Notes: generated by a model from the sequence alone, not told the origin. 38,421 bases of DNA from Acidobacteriota bacterium (GCA_039184055.1 JBCDBH010000008.1:1-38421), one strand, 5' to 3'. Numbered from the stretch's first letter, positions 1-10,382 are shown. A program made the numbers and translations.

Positions 1-71
1 CGAGGCGATCGGAACGGTTGCCATCGGCTTGAAATGGATTTCGCGCCTTCTCGGGCGGTTTTGGCGATTCT

Positions 72-1256
72 GTGCACGATATGCTTGGATCGATGTCTAA
101 TTTGGCGCTTGATGTGGCTGAGCTGGTGGCTTTGGTTCGGACGGTGTTTGCACCGACGTCAGCGGATCGACGGTTGGCGATTTTGGTGGATCTCCCGGAT
201 GCGACGGTGCCGGACAATCCGGAATGGCGGGCGCGACGGGCGTTGGCGGCGGAGTGGGCGCAGATGCTGGCTACGGATTCGACGTTGGGGATGGAGACGA
301 CGCTGGTTCTCTACCGCAACGCGCGGGCGAACAACGCGGATTTGCCGGCGTCGGCGTGGCTGTGGGAGGTGACGAGCCCGCTGCCGATTTCCGCTGAGGC
401 GGTGGAGGCGGCTCCGGCGGTGCCGTTCGAGGAGGTGCTGTCGACGCATTCGATTCTGTTGGCGCCGACTGAGTTTTCGACGACGGCGCCGCTCAAGGTG
501 GCGGCGCGACGGCTGGGGTTTCGCGCCGCGACGATGGCGGGGTTTTCGCTCGAAATGGTGCCGGCGCTACGGCTCGACTTCACCGATGTCGATCGACGGG
601 TACGCGCGCTGGCGAGTCGGCTGGAGGTGGCCGAGGCGGCGCATTTTGTGTTCCAGGTCGACGCGACGGAGTACAAGTTGACGCTGGATTTGCGGTTTCG
701 CGCACCGCATGTGTCGAGCGGGCTGCTGCACGAGCCGGGTACGGCGGGCAATGTGCCGTCGGGTGAGACGTATATCGTGCCGTATGAGGGTGAAGGCAAA
801 GAGCCGAGTCGGACCGCGGGGCTGTTGCCGGTGCAGCTCGAGGGTGAGAGCGAGGGGCCCAACGGCGAGATCGTGATCTACCGGATCGAGGCGAATACGG
901 CGGTGGCGGTGGCGAGCACGGGGCCGGTGAGCACGCAGGAGGCCGAGCGACTGGCCGCTGAGCCGGCGTACGGCAACATGGCCGAGCTGGGCCTTGGGGT
1001 GCTGGGGGTCTACGGGCTCGAGCCGATCGGTGAGGTGATGCTCGACGAGAAGCTGGGGCTGCACATCGCGTTTGGCCGCAGTGAGCATTTCGGGGGCATC
1101 ACGGGACCGGATCGATTCAGCCGACCGGAAGCCGTGGTGCATATCGATCGGGTGTATTTGCCCCAGCTTCAACCCAAGGTCCAGGTGGTGGCGGTCGATC
1201 TCGAGCTGCCGAGCGGAGAGCGCGAAGCTCTGATGCGTGACGGCGCGTACGTCTGA
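72..1256 (+). CDS. M29-family (aminopeptidase T/AmpS-like) metallo-aminopeptidase, putative
   Basis: The 394-aa ORF has a C-terminal region with 'PSGETYIVP' and 'LDEKLGLHIAFGRSEHFGG' motifs. As I recall the family, these resemble thermophilic aminopeptidase (M29) signatures. The in-frame stop at nt 30-32 bounds the N-terminus, with the first ATG at 72. Confidence 0.5.
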   Translation: MHDMLGSMSNLALDVAELVALVRTVFAPTSADRRLAILVDLPDATVPDNPEWRARRALAAEWAQMLATDSTLGMETTLVLYRNARANNADLPASAWLWEVTSPLPISAEAVEAAPAVPFEEVLSTHSILLAPTEFSTTAPLKVAARRLGFRAATMAGFSLEMVPALRLDFTDVDRRVRALASRLEVAEAAHFVFQVDATEYKLTLDLRFRAPHVSSGLLHEPGTAGNVPSGETYIVPYEGEGKEPSRTAGLLPVQLEGESEGPNGEIVIYRIEANTAVAVASTGPVSTQEAERLAAEPAYGNMAELGLGVLGVYGLEPIGEVMLDEKLGLHIAFGRSEHFGGITGPDRFSRPEAVVHIDRVYLPQLQPKVQVVAVDLELPSGEREALMRDGAYV

Positions 1257-1261
1257 CCCCT

Positions 1262-2425
1262 ATGCGGATCGTCCACACCAGCGATTGGCACGCTGGCCGC
1301 GCCTGGAAGCAAACCGACCGTCTCGAAGAGCTCGAGGCGGTGCTCGCCCATCTGGCTGCATTTATTGCTGAAGAGGCGGTCGATCTGCTGCTGATCACCG
1401 GTGATGTGTTCGATACCCGTACGCCCCCGGCGCGCGCCGAGCAGATCGTATTCGGGTTTTTGCGCCGCATCGGTAGCCTCGACGTGCGCACGGTGATGAT
1501 CGCCGGCAATCACGACAGTCCAAATCGATTCGAGGCCTGGGCGCAGCTCGCCGAGCTCGCCGATGTGGTGGCGCTCGGGCATCCACGGGACGCCGAGCAT
1601 GGCGGGCTGGTGGAGGTGACGACCCGGAACGGCGAACGCGCACGGATCGCGGCGGTGCCGTTCGCCAGCGCCGGAACGTTGATCGAAGCGACGGCGCTCG
1701 CCGATGAACCGTCGGCGCGACGCGATTACGCGCATAGTCTCGGCCGGCTCTTCGCCGAGCTGGCCGAGGGCTTTGGCGACGTTTCGGTGAATCTCCTCCT
1801 CGCTCACACCCACGTATCCGGCGCGATGCTCTCGGGCTCGGAGCGACGCATCCATGTCGCCGACGAGTGGGCCGCCGAGGCGCGCGCGCTCCCGGCGGGC
1901 TGTCATTACGCCGCGCTCGGACATCTCCACAAGCCGCAGCCGATCCCGGGCGCACCCTGTTTGGCACGCTATGCCGGCTCGGCGCTCCAGCTCGATTTTG
2001 GCGAGGCGGGTGAGGCGAAGAGCTTCGTCGTGCTCGACGCCAACGCCGAGCATGGCGTCGAGTCGTGGCGCACGGTGCCGTACCAGGGCGCGTTGCCGCT
2101 CGCCGATATCGAGCTCGATCTCGTCACGCTCGAAGACGAGGCCGAGAACTTACGCGACGCCGGCTGGCTGCGGGTCACGGTGCCGCTCGACCGTCCCGAC
2201 GCCGACCTGGCGCGCAAGGTGAAGACGCTGCTTCCCAACGCGGTGGTGGTACGCGCCGCGCTCGATACGCCGCTCGCTGGAGTCGAGGTCGCGCGTCTGC
2301 CGACGAACACACCACCGGCCGAACGCTTCGCGGCCTATTTCGAAAACCGCCACGATCGACCGGTGGAGCCGGCGGTGCTCGAACGATTCCGCGACCTCTA
2401 TCAAGAAGCGCTCGATCAGGACTGA
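1262..2425 (+). CDS. sbcD: SbcD / Mre11-family DNA repair nuclease
   Basis: The N-terminus 'MRIVHTSDWHAGRAWK ... LLITGDVFD ... IAGNHD' carries canonical calcineurin-like phosphoesterase motifs of SbcD. It sits immediately upstream of sbcC with a 1-nt gap. Confidence 0.9.
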   Translation: MRIVHTSDWHAGRAWKQTDRLEELEAVLAHLAAFIAEEAVDLLLITGDVFDTRTPPARAEQIVFGFLRRIGSLDVRTVMIAGNHDSPNRFEAWAQLAELADVVALGHPRDAEHGGLVEVTTRNGERARIAAVPFASAGTLIEATALADEPSARRDYAHSLGRLFAELAEGFGDVSVNLLLAHTHVSGAMLSGSERRIHVADEWAAEARALPAGCHYAALGHLHKPQPIPGAPCLARYAGSALQLDFGEAGEAKSFVVLDANAEHGVESWRTVPYQGALPLADIELDLVTLEDEAENLRDAGWLRVTVPLDRPDADLARKVKTLLPNAVVVRAALDTPLAGVEVARLPTNTPPAERFAAYFENRHDRPVEPAVLERFRDLYQEALDQD

Positions 2426-2426
2426 G

Positions 2427-5400
2427 ATGCGACCACGCTCGCTGTCGATCGAAAATTTCACCTGCTTTCGTGGGCCCCAGCCACCGATCGAGCTCGACTC
2501 TCTGAGCCTGTTCGCGATCACCGGCGCCACCGGCGCAGGCAAGTCGAGCGTGCTCGACGCGATGATCTATGCGCTCTACGGTCGCGCGCCACGGCTGGGG
2601 GCGAAGAATCTCGACCAGTTGATTGCGCTGGGTCGCGAAGAGCTGGTGGTGACGCTCGATTTCGATGTCGCGGGCGCAAGCTACCGCGTCACCCGTCGCA
2701 ACCACCGCAAGCGGGCGACCCTGGCCCAACTGGAACGACTCGGTAGCGACGAACCGGCGCTCGCCAACGGTCCACGCGACGTCGATACGGCGGTGCGCAA
2801 GCTGCTCGGGATCGACTACGACGCCTTTACTCGCGCCGTGGTGCTTCCCCAGGGCCGGTTCGCCGACTTTCTCGCCGCGCGTCCCAACGAACGACGCGAG
2901 ATCTTGCGTGAGCTGCTCCGTCTCGAGATCTACGAGGTCATGCGCGGGCTGGCGACCACCGCCGCCAACGAGCTCGGTCGGGAGATCCGCCAGCTCCGCG
3001 ACCGGCTCGATCAAGACTACGCCGACGCCCGACGCGCCACCCTCGAGGAACGACGCACCGAGCTCGAGACGACCCGCGCTCAGGTCACCCAGACTGAGAA
3101 GACGCTCGACACGGAACGACGCCAGCTCGAGCTCGAACAGGACGTGCGTGCTTTGCAGACCCGCAAAGCGACCCTGCTCGCCAGCCGTGCCGAGCTCGAC
3201 GACGAAGCGACCGAGATCGACAACCTACGCGCGCGTGTTCAGCGCGCCGATCGAGCCACGCCCCTGATCGCCGAGCTCCGCACCCTCACCGACACCGCCG
3301 AGCGTCATGCGCGTCTCACCACCGACCTCGCCAACGCCCGTGAGCGGCTGAAGGCCAGTCACGAGCGAGTCGAGGCCGCCCGACAGCACGCGTCGCGTTT
3401 CGACGACGAAAGCGCGCGACGCGCCGAGCTCGATCGACTGAGACATCTCGACGAAGTGGTCGGCCTGCTCACCCCCCACGGCGAGGCGGCCAAGCGCGTC
3501 GACAAGCTCGAAGGCAGCTTGCGTGCGCTCACCGACACCCGCAAACGGGTCGAAGCGGAGCGGGCCGCAGCCGACACGACGCTCGAACGGGCACGCGCCC
3601 ACCTTCTCGAGCTCACCGAAGCGGTCGCTACCAGTGGCTATCAGCCCGAGGTCGACGAGCTGCTCGACCTTCATCGAGAAGAAGCCGGAACGCTGGTCGC
3701 GCAACGTCAACAGCTCGGCGAGATGTGGCGCCAAGCGCATCAGGCGCGCGAGACGGCGAACACCAGCGGCGCCGAAGCCAAACGTCGCGAGACGGCGGCG
3801 AAGAAGAGTCGCGATCGACTGCACGGCACGCGCGCCCGGCTGGAGAATCTTCGCGTGGCTCGACGCCAGGAAGAGGAACGCAACACCGTCGCGCTCTTGC
3901 GACGCGATTTGGTGGTCGGTGATGGCTGCCCGGTGTGCGAGCAAATCGTCGACCGCTTGCCGTTGCCGACGCCACTCACCGCGCTCGAAACGATCGACGA
4001 GGAGATCACGCGGGTCATCGAGCTCGAAGACGAGCAGCGTCTCACCATGCTCGCCGACGAACGCGCCGCCGCCACCACGCGTGGTCACGCGCAAAGCGAC
4101 GAAAGCGTCGCCACCGAGACTCATCAAGCCGCCAGCCTGCGCGAGTGGGAGCTCGATCGCGCCCGTCAGACGCTCTATCGCGAGCTCGCTCAGGCCGTGG
4201 CGTCGACCGAGGACACGCCGCCATCCGACCCGCTCGATGGCTTCGAACAACGGCTGCTCGATGCCGCGCGGACGCTCGCCGAACGCCGCGTCGTCTTTCG
4301 TGCCGCGCAGGAACGAGTCGACAAGGCGAACATCGCGGTCGAGAACACACAACGAACACGTGACGACGCCGTGAGACGTCTCGACGAGGTCGAAGAGCGA
4401 CGCGCCGCCACCCGCACCGAGCTCGACGAGGCGCGGACGAGCTTCATCGAGTACGACACGTCGATTCGCGCCATCACCACGGCTGAGGATCCACGCGCCG
4501 AGCGTGATCAGCTTCGCGATCGTCTCGAAGCCGGTGAAAAGAGCCGCGACACGGCACGCACCATGCTCGCCGACGCCGAGCTCGAACACGCCCGCAATAC
4601 CCAATCGGTCGACGATCTCGACCGGCAAGCGAACACCGTCGCGACCGAGCTCACCGAGCGACGCGAGTCGACCGAAACGCGCGTGGTCGAGGCTGGGTTC
4701 ACCGACGCCACCGAGGCCGAGACCGCTTTTCTGAGCGCGACGGACCGTGACGAGCTGTGGCGCCGGATCGAGCGCTTTACCCTACGGCGCGCCAAGGTCG
4801 AGGAAGACATGGCCGAGGTCGGGCGTCAGCTCGCCGGACGCGAGATCGACGACGACGCCTTGATGAATCGGGAACGGACCGTGCGCGCGCTCGAAACGAA
4901 GCTCGAAGCGACCTCACGCCGTATCGTCACCCTCGATACGCAAATCGCCGATCTCACCACGCGGGTCGAACGTCGCGAGACACTCGAAGCGGATCTTCGT
5001 GAACGCGAAAAACGCCACGCGGTCGAGCAACAGCTGGCGGTGGATCTACGCGGTGATCGCTTTCAGGCGTTCTTGCTCGACGAAGCGTTCGAGGATCTGG
5101 TGGCGGGTGCGTCGCTGCGGCTCGCCGAGCTCGAGCCCCGCTACGCTCTGAGCTGGCGTGACAATGCCTTTTGGGTGCTCGATCGCGACAATGCCAACGA
5201 GGCGCGGAGCGCCGATACCTTGTCGGGAGGCGAGACCTTTCTCGCCGCCTTGGCGCTCGCGCTCGAGCTCAGCGAGCAGGTGCAAAAGGCGGCGGGCGCG
5301 GTGAGTCTCGACAGTCTGTTCATCGACGAGGGCTTTGGCACCCTCGATCTCGAAACCCTCGACGTGGTCACCGACGCGATCGAATCGCTGCACGTCGGCG

Positions 5401-5522
5401 GGCGCATGGTCGGGCTGATTACCCACGTCGGCGCGCTCGCCGAGCGTCTGCCGGCGCGTCTGCGGGTCGAAAAGGGCCCCGGTGGTAGCCACGTCGTGCT
5501 CGAACGTGACGAAGGACGCTGA
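2427..5522 (+). CDS. sbcC: SbcC / Rad50-family ATPase of the SbcCD nuclease
   Basis: There is a Walker A motif 'GATGAGKSS' near the N-terminus. The central region is long and coiled-coil rich (E/R/A/L), with a CPVC zinc-hook. The C-terminus has an ABC signature 'LSGGETF' and Walker B 'LFIDEGFGTLD'. Length is 1031 aa. Confidence 0.9.
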   Translation: MRPRSLSIENFTCFRGPQPPIELDSLSLFAITGATGAGKSSVLDAMIYALYGRAPRLGAKNLDQLIALGREELVVTLDFDVAGASYRVTRRNHRKRATLAQLERLGSDEPALANGPRDVDTAVRKLLGIDYDAFTRAVVLPQGRFADFLAARPNERREILRELLRLEIYEVMRGLATTAANELGREIRQLRDRLDQDYADARRATLEERRTELETTRAQVTQTEKTLDTERRQLELEQDVRALQTRKATLLASRAELDDEATEIDNLRARVQRADRATPLIAELRTLTDTAERHARLTTDLANARERLKASHERVEAARQHASRFDDESARRAELDRLRHLDEVVGLLTPHGEAAKRVDKLEGSLRALTDTRKRVEAERAAADTTLERARAHLLELTEAVATSGYQPEVDELLDLHREEAGTLVAQRQQLGEMWRQAHQARETANTSGAEAKRRETAAKKSRDRLHGTRARLENLRVARRQEEERNTVALLRRDLVVGDGCPVCEQIVDRLPLPTPLTALETIDEEITRVIELEDEQRLTMLADERAAATTRGHAQSDESVATETHQAASLREWELDRARQTLYRELAQAVASTEDTPPSDPLDGFEQRLLDAARTLAERRVVFRAAQERVDKANIAVENTQRTRDDAVRRLDEVEERRAATRTELDEARTSFIEYDTSIRAITTAEDPRAERDQLRDRLEAGEKSRDTARTMLADAELEHARNTQSVDDLDRQANTVATELTERRESTETRVVEAGFTDATEAETAFLSATDRDELWRRIERFTLRRAKVEEDMAEVGRQLAGREIDDDALMNRERTVRALETKLEATSRRIVTLDTQIADLTTRVERRETLEADLREREKRHAVEQQLAVDLRGDRFQAFLLDEAFEDLVAGASLRLAELEPRYALSWRDNAFWVLDRDNANEARSADTLSGGETFLAALALALELSEQVQKAAGAVSLDSLFIDEGFGTLDLETLDVVTDAIESLHVGGRMVGLITHVGALAERLPARLRVEKGPGGSHVVLERDEGR

Positions 5523-5534
5523 TCCGGTACGCGC

Positions 5535-6179
5535 ATGCCAACGGCCTTTGACCTCGAAACGACTCTGACCGAAGCCGAGATCGTCCCGCGGATCCGGCTC
5601 ACCGATCCCGATACCCTGCTCCCGACCACCGAAGCGCTCCAAGAAGGTGGCGTCAAAGTGGTCGAGATCGTCGCCCATGACAGCGCCGCCTTCGACGCCA
5701 TCACGGAGCTTCGCAAGGCCTTTCCCGATCTCGTCTTGGGCGCCGCCAACGTCACCCAGATCATCGATCTGCAAAGCGCCGTCGACGCCGGAGCCCACTA
5801 CGCCGCGAGCCCTGGGCTGACCATGCGTTTGGTCGACGCCGCACGCCGCCGTGAGCTGCCGTATGTCCCCGGGGTGTACACGCCGTCCGAGATGCTCGGC
5901 GCGCGTGAGCAGGGAATCCGGCTGGTCGAGCTCTTTCCCGCCCGACCCGCCGGGGGTCCCCGCTTCTTCGGCGCCATGGCGATGATCTTCCCCGACCTGC
6001 GCTTCCGCGCCGCCGGCGGGATCGACGACGTGTCGTTTCGCGACTATCTGCGCTGTCCGAACGTCGTCGCGGTCACCGCCACCTGGCTGGTGCCGGAGCC
6101 CGCCGTGCAGGCCAAGGATTGGACACGGATTCGTGATCTCGCGCGAACCGCGTGCTCACGCGAGATCGTGCATCATTGA
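5535..6179 (+). CDS. KDPG/KHG aldolase (Eda) family protein
   Basis: The 214-aa protein aligns along its whole length with Eda-type aldolases ('GA.NV ... SPGLT ... PGV.TPSE ... FPA..GG ... RF...GGI ... RDYL ... WLVP'). The Schiff-base lysine position appears substituted; see findings. Confidence 0.65.
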   Translation: MPTAFDLETTLTEAEIVPRIRLTDPDTLLPTTEALQEGGVKVVEIVAHDSAAFDAITELRKAFPDLVLGAANVTQIIDLQSAVDAGAHYAASPGLTMRLVDAARRRELPYVPGVYTPSEMLGAREQGIRLVELFPARPAGGPRFFGAMAMIFPDLRFRAAGGIDDVSFRDYLRCPNVVAVTATWLVPEPAVQAKDWTRIRDLARTACSREIVHH

Positions 6180-7855
6180 TCGACCCGTGGACCGACGATC
6201 TCCTGCCCACCTTGACGTAGGGTGACGCTGGTCACCGCACCGTCGGCATCGGGTGTGAAGATCAGCCGCGCACCCACCTGGGGCGCGATCCACTCCAGCT
6301 CGCTCTCAGCGAGGAGGGGAATTGCGTCCTGACCGGTGCCTCGGCTCAGCAACGCACCGTCTTCGATAAAGATGCTGAGCACGAATTCGGGCATCAGCTG
6401 ATAGTCACCCACCAGCCGCTCCATGGCTTCGACGGCGACGTCAACCGTCTCGGCGGCCTCGGGCACCGGCTCGTCGGTGAGCACGGCGCGTTCGGGCGTG
6501 GCGGCGAAGTCGTGCATGAGCATCGCGACGACCTTGCCCTCGGCGTCACGTTCGAAGGTGAAGTAATTGGTTCCGGTCGGATAGAAGAAGAGATCCTCGC
6601 CACCCGCCACCGCGGTGCTCCACGTTTCATTGCCGGTGCGTAGGGTGAGCAGCTTGCCGTCGCGCTGGTTGACGGCACGGGTGGTCTCCTCGTCGATCCG
6701 GTAGACCCCTACATAGTCGTCGAGCTTGTCGGCGGCGATCTCGACCTCTTCGGTCGGAATCGACTCACCGAGCAGACGCGCGGTGGCGAGCGCGGCGAGA
6801 CGCGTCGGACTCACCTCGGCGCCGGTGTGATTGGTGAGCACCGCCACCACGATGTCTTGATCGGGCACGGTGGTCAGCTGGGCGGCGAAACCGTTGATGC
6901 CCCCACCGTGCCGCACGATCTGGTGACCGGCATGCTCACCGATTTGAAAGCCGTAGCCGTAATCGGTGTTGTCACCATCGGGTAGGCGATGCGCCCGCCA
7001 CATGACCTCGAGCGACTCGGCCGACACCACCTTGCCGGCCTCGAGCGCTTGCTGCCACACCGCCAGATCGTCGACCGTCGACAGCATCGAGCCGGCGGCG
7101 TAGGGCTGGGTCATGCTGAGGTAGGGGGCGTTGACGTAGCCGTCACTCCCGCCCGCATAGCCCTCGACCCGTTTGGGAATGATCCGGTCGTGCTCGCCGT
7201 AATACGAGCTGGTCATACCGAGCGGGGTGAAGATCCGCTCCTGCAACGCCTCTTGATAGGACTGACCGGTGACCGCCTCGATGATCATGCCGAGCAGAAA
7301 ATAGCCCGAGTTGTTGTAGCGCCAGTCGGTACCCGGAGCGAATTCGAGCTCGAGCTCTTCCCATAGATCGACCATCTCTTCAGGGGTGCGATCGGCCCGG
7401 ACCTGGTCGAAGAAATCCGGCAAGCCGGTATAGCTCGGAATGCCCGAGGTGTGGGTGAGCAGATGCTCGACGGTCACCGTGGCGTCGTGAGTGTCGTAAT
7501 CGGGCAGATAGTCGGTGATCGGCGCGTCGATCGCCACCTTGCCCTCCTCGACCAATTGCATGATCAGGGCGGCGGTGAATTGCTTGGTGACCGAGCCGAC
7601 ACGAAAAACCATGTCAGGGGTGATCGCGACGCCCATTTCGACGTCGGCCAACCCATGACCGGCGCGCAGCACCACTTCATCACCCTTCTTGATCAACACC
7701 GCGCCACCCGGCTGATCGGCGGGCCAGGCGTCACGAAACAAGGTCTCGAGCGCGGCGCGATCATCGGCCGCGACCGAACCGGTCGAACAGGAAACGAGCA
7801 AAGGAACGACCAGACACAAGGCGAGCATGGTCGAACGAACCTGGCGTGCATTCAT
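6173..7855 (-). CDS. Serine hydrolase of the beta-lactamase/transpeptidase fold (class C/PBP-like), lipoprotein, with C-terminal extra domain
   Basis: There is an S-x-x-K motif 'SVTKQF' after the signal sequence. A lipobox 'LLVSC' follows 'MNARQVRSTMLALCLVVP'. A strong SD ('AAGAGGAGG', 7 nt spacer) precedes the ATG at 7855, so the ORF-track start at 7885 is probably too long. The 3' end overlaps the Eda-like gene by 7 nt in convergent orientation. Confidence 0.75.
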   Translation of the reverse strand: MNARQVRSTMLALCLVVPLLVSCSTGSVAADDRAALETLFRDAWPADQPGGAVLIKKGDEVVLRAGHGLADVEMGVAITPDMVFRVGSVTKQFTAALIMQLVEEGKVAIDAPITDYLPDYDTHDATVTVEHLLTHTSGIPSYTGLPDFFDQVRADRTPEEMVDLWEELELEFAPGTDWRYNNSGYFLLGMIIEAVTGQSYQEALQERIFTPLGMTSSYYGEHDRIIPKRVEGYAGGSDGYVNAPYLSMTQPYAAGSMLSTVDDLAVWQQALEAGKVVSAESLEVMWRAHRLPDGDNTDYGYGFQIGEHAGHQIVRHGGGINGFAAQLTTVPDQDIVVAVLTNHTGAEVSPTRLAALATARLLGESIPTEEVEIAADKLDDYVGVYRIDEETTRAVNQRDGKLLTLRTGNETWSTAVAGGEDLFFYPTGTNYFTFERDAEGKVVAMLMHDFAATPERAVLTDEPVPEAAETVDVAVEAMERLVGDYQLMPEFVLSIFIEDGALLSRGTGQDAIPLLAESELEWIAPQVGARLIFTPDADGAVTSVTLRQGGQEIVGPRVDQ

Positions 7856-7957
7856 CGGAAAACCTCCTCTTTTCGACACGGACACGCGACGCCGTCCGAA
7901 ACACGGCGTCGGCCCTCGTCACCTATCAGAAACGATACGAAACAGCAGGTCTTACGT

Positions 7958-9724
7958 TCAGCGCTTGCTCGCCAACCAGGCGTGAAGCTCATCCGCCGGC
8001 CAGGCGTTGATACAGCTCGCCGGGGTGAGCGCGGCGCGCCGCGCGGTCAAAATGCCGTAGATCAGATTGTCGAAATCGTCGGCATCGTGCGCGTCGGTAT
8101 CGATGGCGATCTTGCACCCGCGTTCGAGCGCGCCCCGCAGATGGGTGTCGCCGAGATCGAGTCGCATCCAGTTGGCGTTGAGCTCGAGCGCGACGTCGTG
8201 CTCGGCGGCGGCGGCATAGAGCGCCGCCATGTCGGGTGACAACCCTTCCCGGCGCCCGATCAGCCGTCCGGTCGGATGCCCGATGATGTGCACCAGAGGA
8301 TGACGGATGGCGCGCAGGAGCCGTTCGGTCGCCGCCTCGGAATCCTGTCGCAAGGCGGCGTGAGGCGACGCCACCACCACGTCGAGCGCGGCGAGCAGCT
8401 CGTCGTCGTAGTCGAGACCGCCATCGGCGAGGATGTCGACCTCGGAGCCGGCAAGCAGGGTGATTCCGTCGATCCGTTCGTTGGCTTCGTGAACCGCCGT
8501 GATGTGCTCGCGCAACCGTTCCGGGGTCAGGCCCCCGGCGATCACCGAGCTCGCCGAATGGTCGGTAATGGCGATGGTGTGGAGCCCACGCGCCTTGGCC
8601 ACCGCGGCGAGCTCGTCGATGCTCAGCTTGCCGTCGCTCGCCACGGTATGGCTGTGAAGCTCGGCGCCGATGTCCTCCAGCTCGAGAAGCCGTGGCAGCT
8701 CACCGTCGAATTCACCACGATCCTCACGCAGCTCGGGCGGAATCCACGGCAGACCGAGGGCCTCGTAGATCGCTTCTTCGTCGGCGGCGGCGATCGGCTC
8801 CTCACCACGGTCCTGGGGTCGCTCGGCGGTACCGGCGAAGAGACCGTACTCATTGAGGTGCATGTCGCGCTTGATGGCGATCTCACGCAAGCGCACATTG
8901 TGCTCTTTGGAACCGGTGAAATAGAGCAAGGCGGCGCCATAGACCGTCGCCGGCACGATCCGGAGATCGGCTTGCATCACCACCCTGCCGACCTCGAGCC
9001 GGACCGAAGTCTTGGTCTCACCACTGAGCAAGACCTGGGTCACCCCGTCGAGTTCGACGAACGCGGCGGTCACCGCTTCGTGATCCGAGCACGCCACGAC
9101 GAAGTCGAGATCGCCGATGGTCTCGCGCCCGCGCCGTAGGCTGCCGGCGAAGTCGACCTTCTCGACTCCGGGGACGGCGGCCAAACGCTCGCGGATCATG
9201 AGCGCCAAAGGCCGGGCACGACCGAGCGGCGTGCGCTCACCGGCCTTCTCTTTGAACGCCAGCGCCTGCTTCATTTTTTCGACGCTCTTCTTACCCATGC
9301 GTGGCAGGGCGGCGATCGATTCGGGATCGGCTTCGAGCCGTGCCGAGAGCTCGGTCGTCGACGTGATGTCGAGCTCGTCCCACATCAACTTGGCGGCCTT
9401 GGGGCCGACCCCCGGGATCGCCAAAACGTCGAAGAGCCCGCTCGGCACCTTGGCCATGAGCTCCTGGTGCTCACTCACCTCGCCGTCGCGGAGATATTCG
9501 AGGATCTTCTCCGCCGAGCCTTTGCCGACACCGGGCAAGGCGGTGAGGCGGCCGAGCGCGCCGTCGTTGTCGACGTCGGCAATGGTCGCGAGGTCGTCGG
9601 TGAGGTCGCGCACCATGCGCGCCACCCGCCGATTCGAGTTGACCCGAAAAGGATTGGCGCCGAGCAGCTCGCGCGCCGCCGCCATCTCGTCGAAGATCCG
9701 CGCCAGCTCGCGGTTGGTGTTCAC
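7958..9724 (-). CDS. polX: DNA polymerase X family protein with C-terminal PHP (histidinol-phosphatase-like) domain
   Basis: The N-terminal HhH/pol-beta-like region is 'MNTNRELARIFDEMA...'. The nucleotidyltransferase motif is 'GSLRRGRETIGDLDFVV'. PHP motifs include 'HSHTVASDG ... ITDHS' and others toward the C-terminus. Confidence 0.85.
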   Translation of the reverse strand: MNTNRELARIFDEMAAARELLGANPFRVNSNRRVARMVRDLTDDLATIADVDNDGALGRLTALPGVGKGSAEKILEYLRDGEVSEHQELMAKVPSGLFDVLAIPGVGPKAAKLMWDELDITSTTELSARLEADPESIAALPRMGKKSVEKMKQALAFKEKAGERTPLGRARPLALMIRERLAAVPGVEKVDFAGSLRRGRETIGDLDFVVACSDHEAVTAAFVELDGVTQVLLSGETKTSVRLEVGRVVMQADLRIVPATVYGAALLYFTGSKEHNVRLREIAIKRDMHLNEYGLFAGTAERPQDRGEEPIAAADEEAIYEALGLPWIPPELREDRGEFDGELPRLLELEDIGAELHSHTVASDGKLSIDELAAVAKARGLHTIAITDHSASSVIAGGLTPERLREHITAVHEANERIDGITLLAGSEVDILADGGLDYDDELLAALDVVVASPHAALRQDSEAATERLLRAIRHPLVHIIGHPTGRLIGRREGLSPDMAALYAAAAEHDVALELNANWMRLDLGDTHLRGALERGCKIAIDTDAHDADDFDNLIYGILTARRAALTPASCINAWPADELHAWLASKR

Positions 9725-10275
9725 GATCCGCTCTCCGCTTCACTCGAGGCGAGGTGTAGTTGGCGATAGTCACGATGCCAGTAGATCAGAGGCGCGGCAT
9801 CAGCTCGGGGCGTCGCGACCTCGGTCACCGCGACGATCACGACATAGTGTGAACCGACCTCGACCAAACGCTCGACCCGCCCCGCCAACCAGGTCAGCGC
9901 GTCACCGAGCACGGGTACACCGGTCGGACCGGCTTGCCAATCACCCACGAGGAAGCGATCTTCGTCCTTGACGAAGGCGAACCGGTCGGCGAGCGGGCGT
10001 TGATCAGCCGCCAGGACATTGACCGTCACCCCCGTACCGTCGGCCAAGAACCGACTGATCGTGTGGCTGCGATTGATCATCACCGCCACCAATGGCGGAT
10101 CGACCGAAACCGAGGAAAAGGCGGTCGCCGTCATGCCATGGCGATCGTCACCGTTGGCGTCGGCGGCGGCGACGATGGTCACACCGGCGGCCCACCGACT
10201 CAGTGCGTCACGTAGATTCCCCGTGTCGACTGGCGTTGGCGACTGGGGCGCTGGAACAGCTGTGCTCGAATCCAC
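9721..10275 (-). CDS. Flavin reductase-like (FMN-binding, HpaC/NADH:flavin oxidoreductase family) protein
   Basis: The core 'LRDALSRWAAGVTIVAA ... HGMTATAFSSVSVDPPLVAV ... LIYWHRDY' is typical of the flavin-reductase domain. The ORF track extends to 10350. A GTG at 10275 is preceded by AAGGAG (6-7 nt spacer) and removes a low-complexity N-terminal stretch, so it is the more plausible start. The stop overlaps the polX start (ATGA-type overlap), indicating translational coupling. Confidence 0.7.
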   Translation of the reverse strand: MDSSTAVPAPQSPTPVDTGNLRDALSRWAAGVTIVAAADANGDDRHGMTATAFSSVSVDPPLVAVMINRSHTISRFLADGTGVTVNVLAADQRPLADRFAFVKDEDRFLVGDWQAGPTGVPVLGDALTWLAGRVERLVEVGSHYVVIVAVTEVATPRADAAPLIYWHRDYRQLHLASSEAESGS

Positions 10276-10382
10276 CGTATTGCTCCTTCGACATGCATGA
10301 TCCCTCCGAGCTCGGCATACACGCGGATGGTGACACGACCAGCCCGTCACCGCCAGCTTGGTTCGGGGTCATCACACCACAT

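Noticed and set aside
2175-4628. Long minus-strand ORFs (2175-3014, 3225-4628, 3359-3616 etc.) inside sbcC
   Set aside because: They are antisense to, or frame-shifted within, the well-supported sbcC CDS. The translations are Arg/Pro/Ala-rich with no motifs, which is a typical high-GC off-frame artefact.
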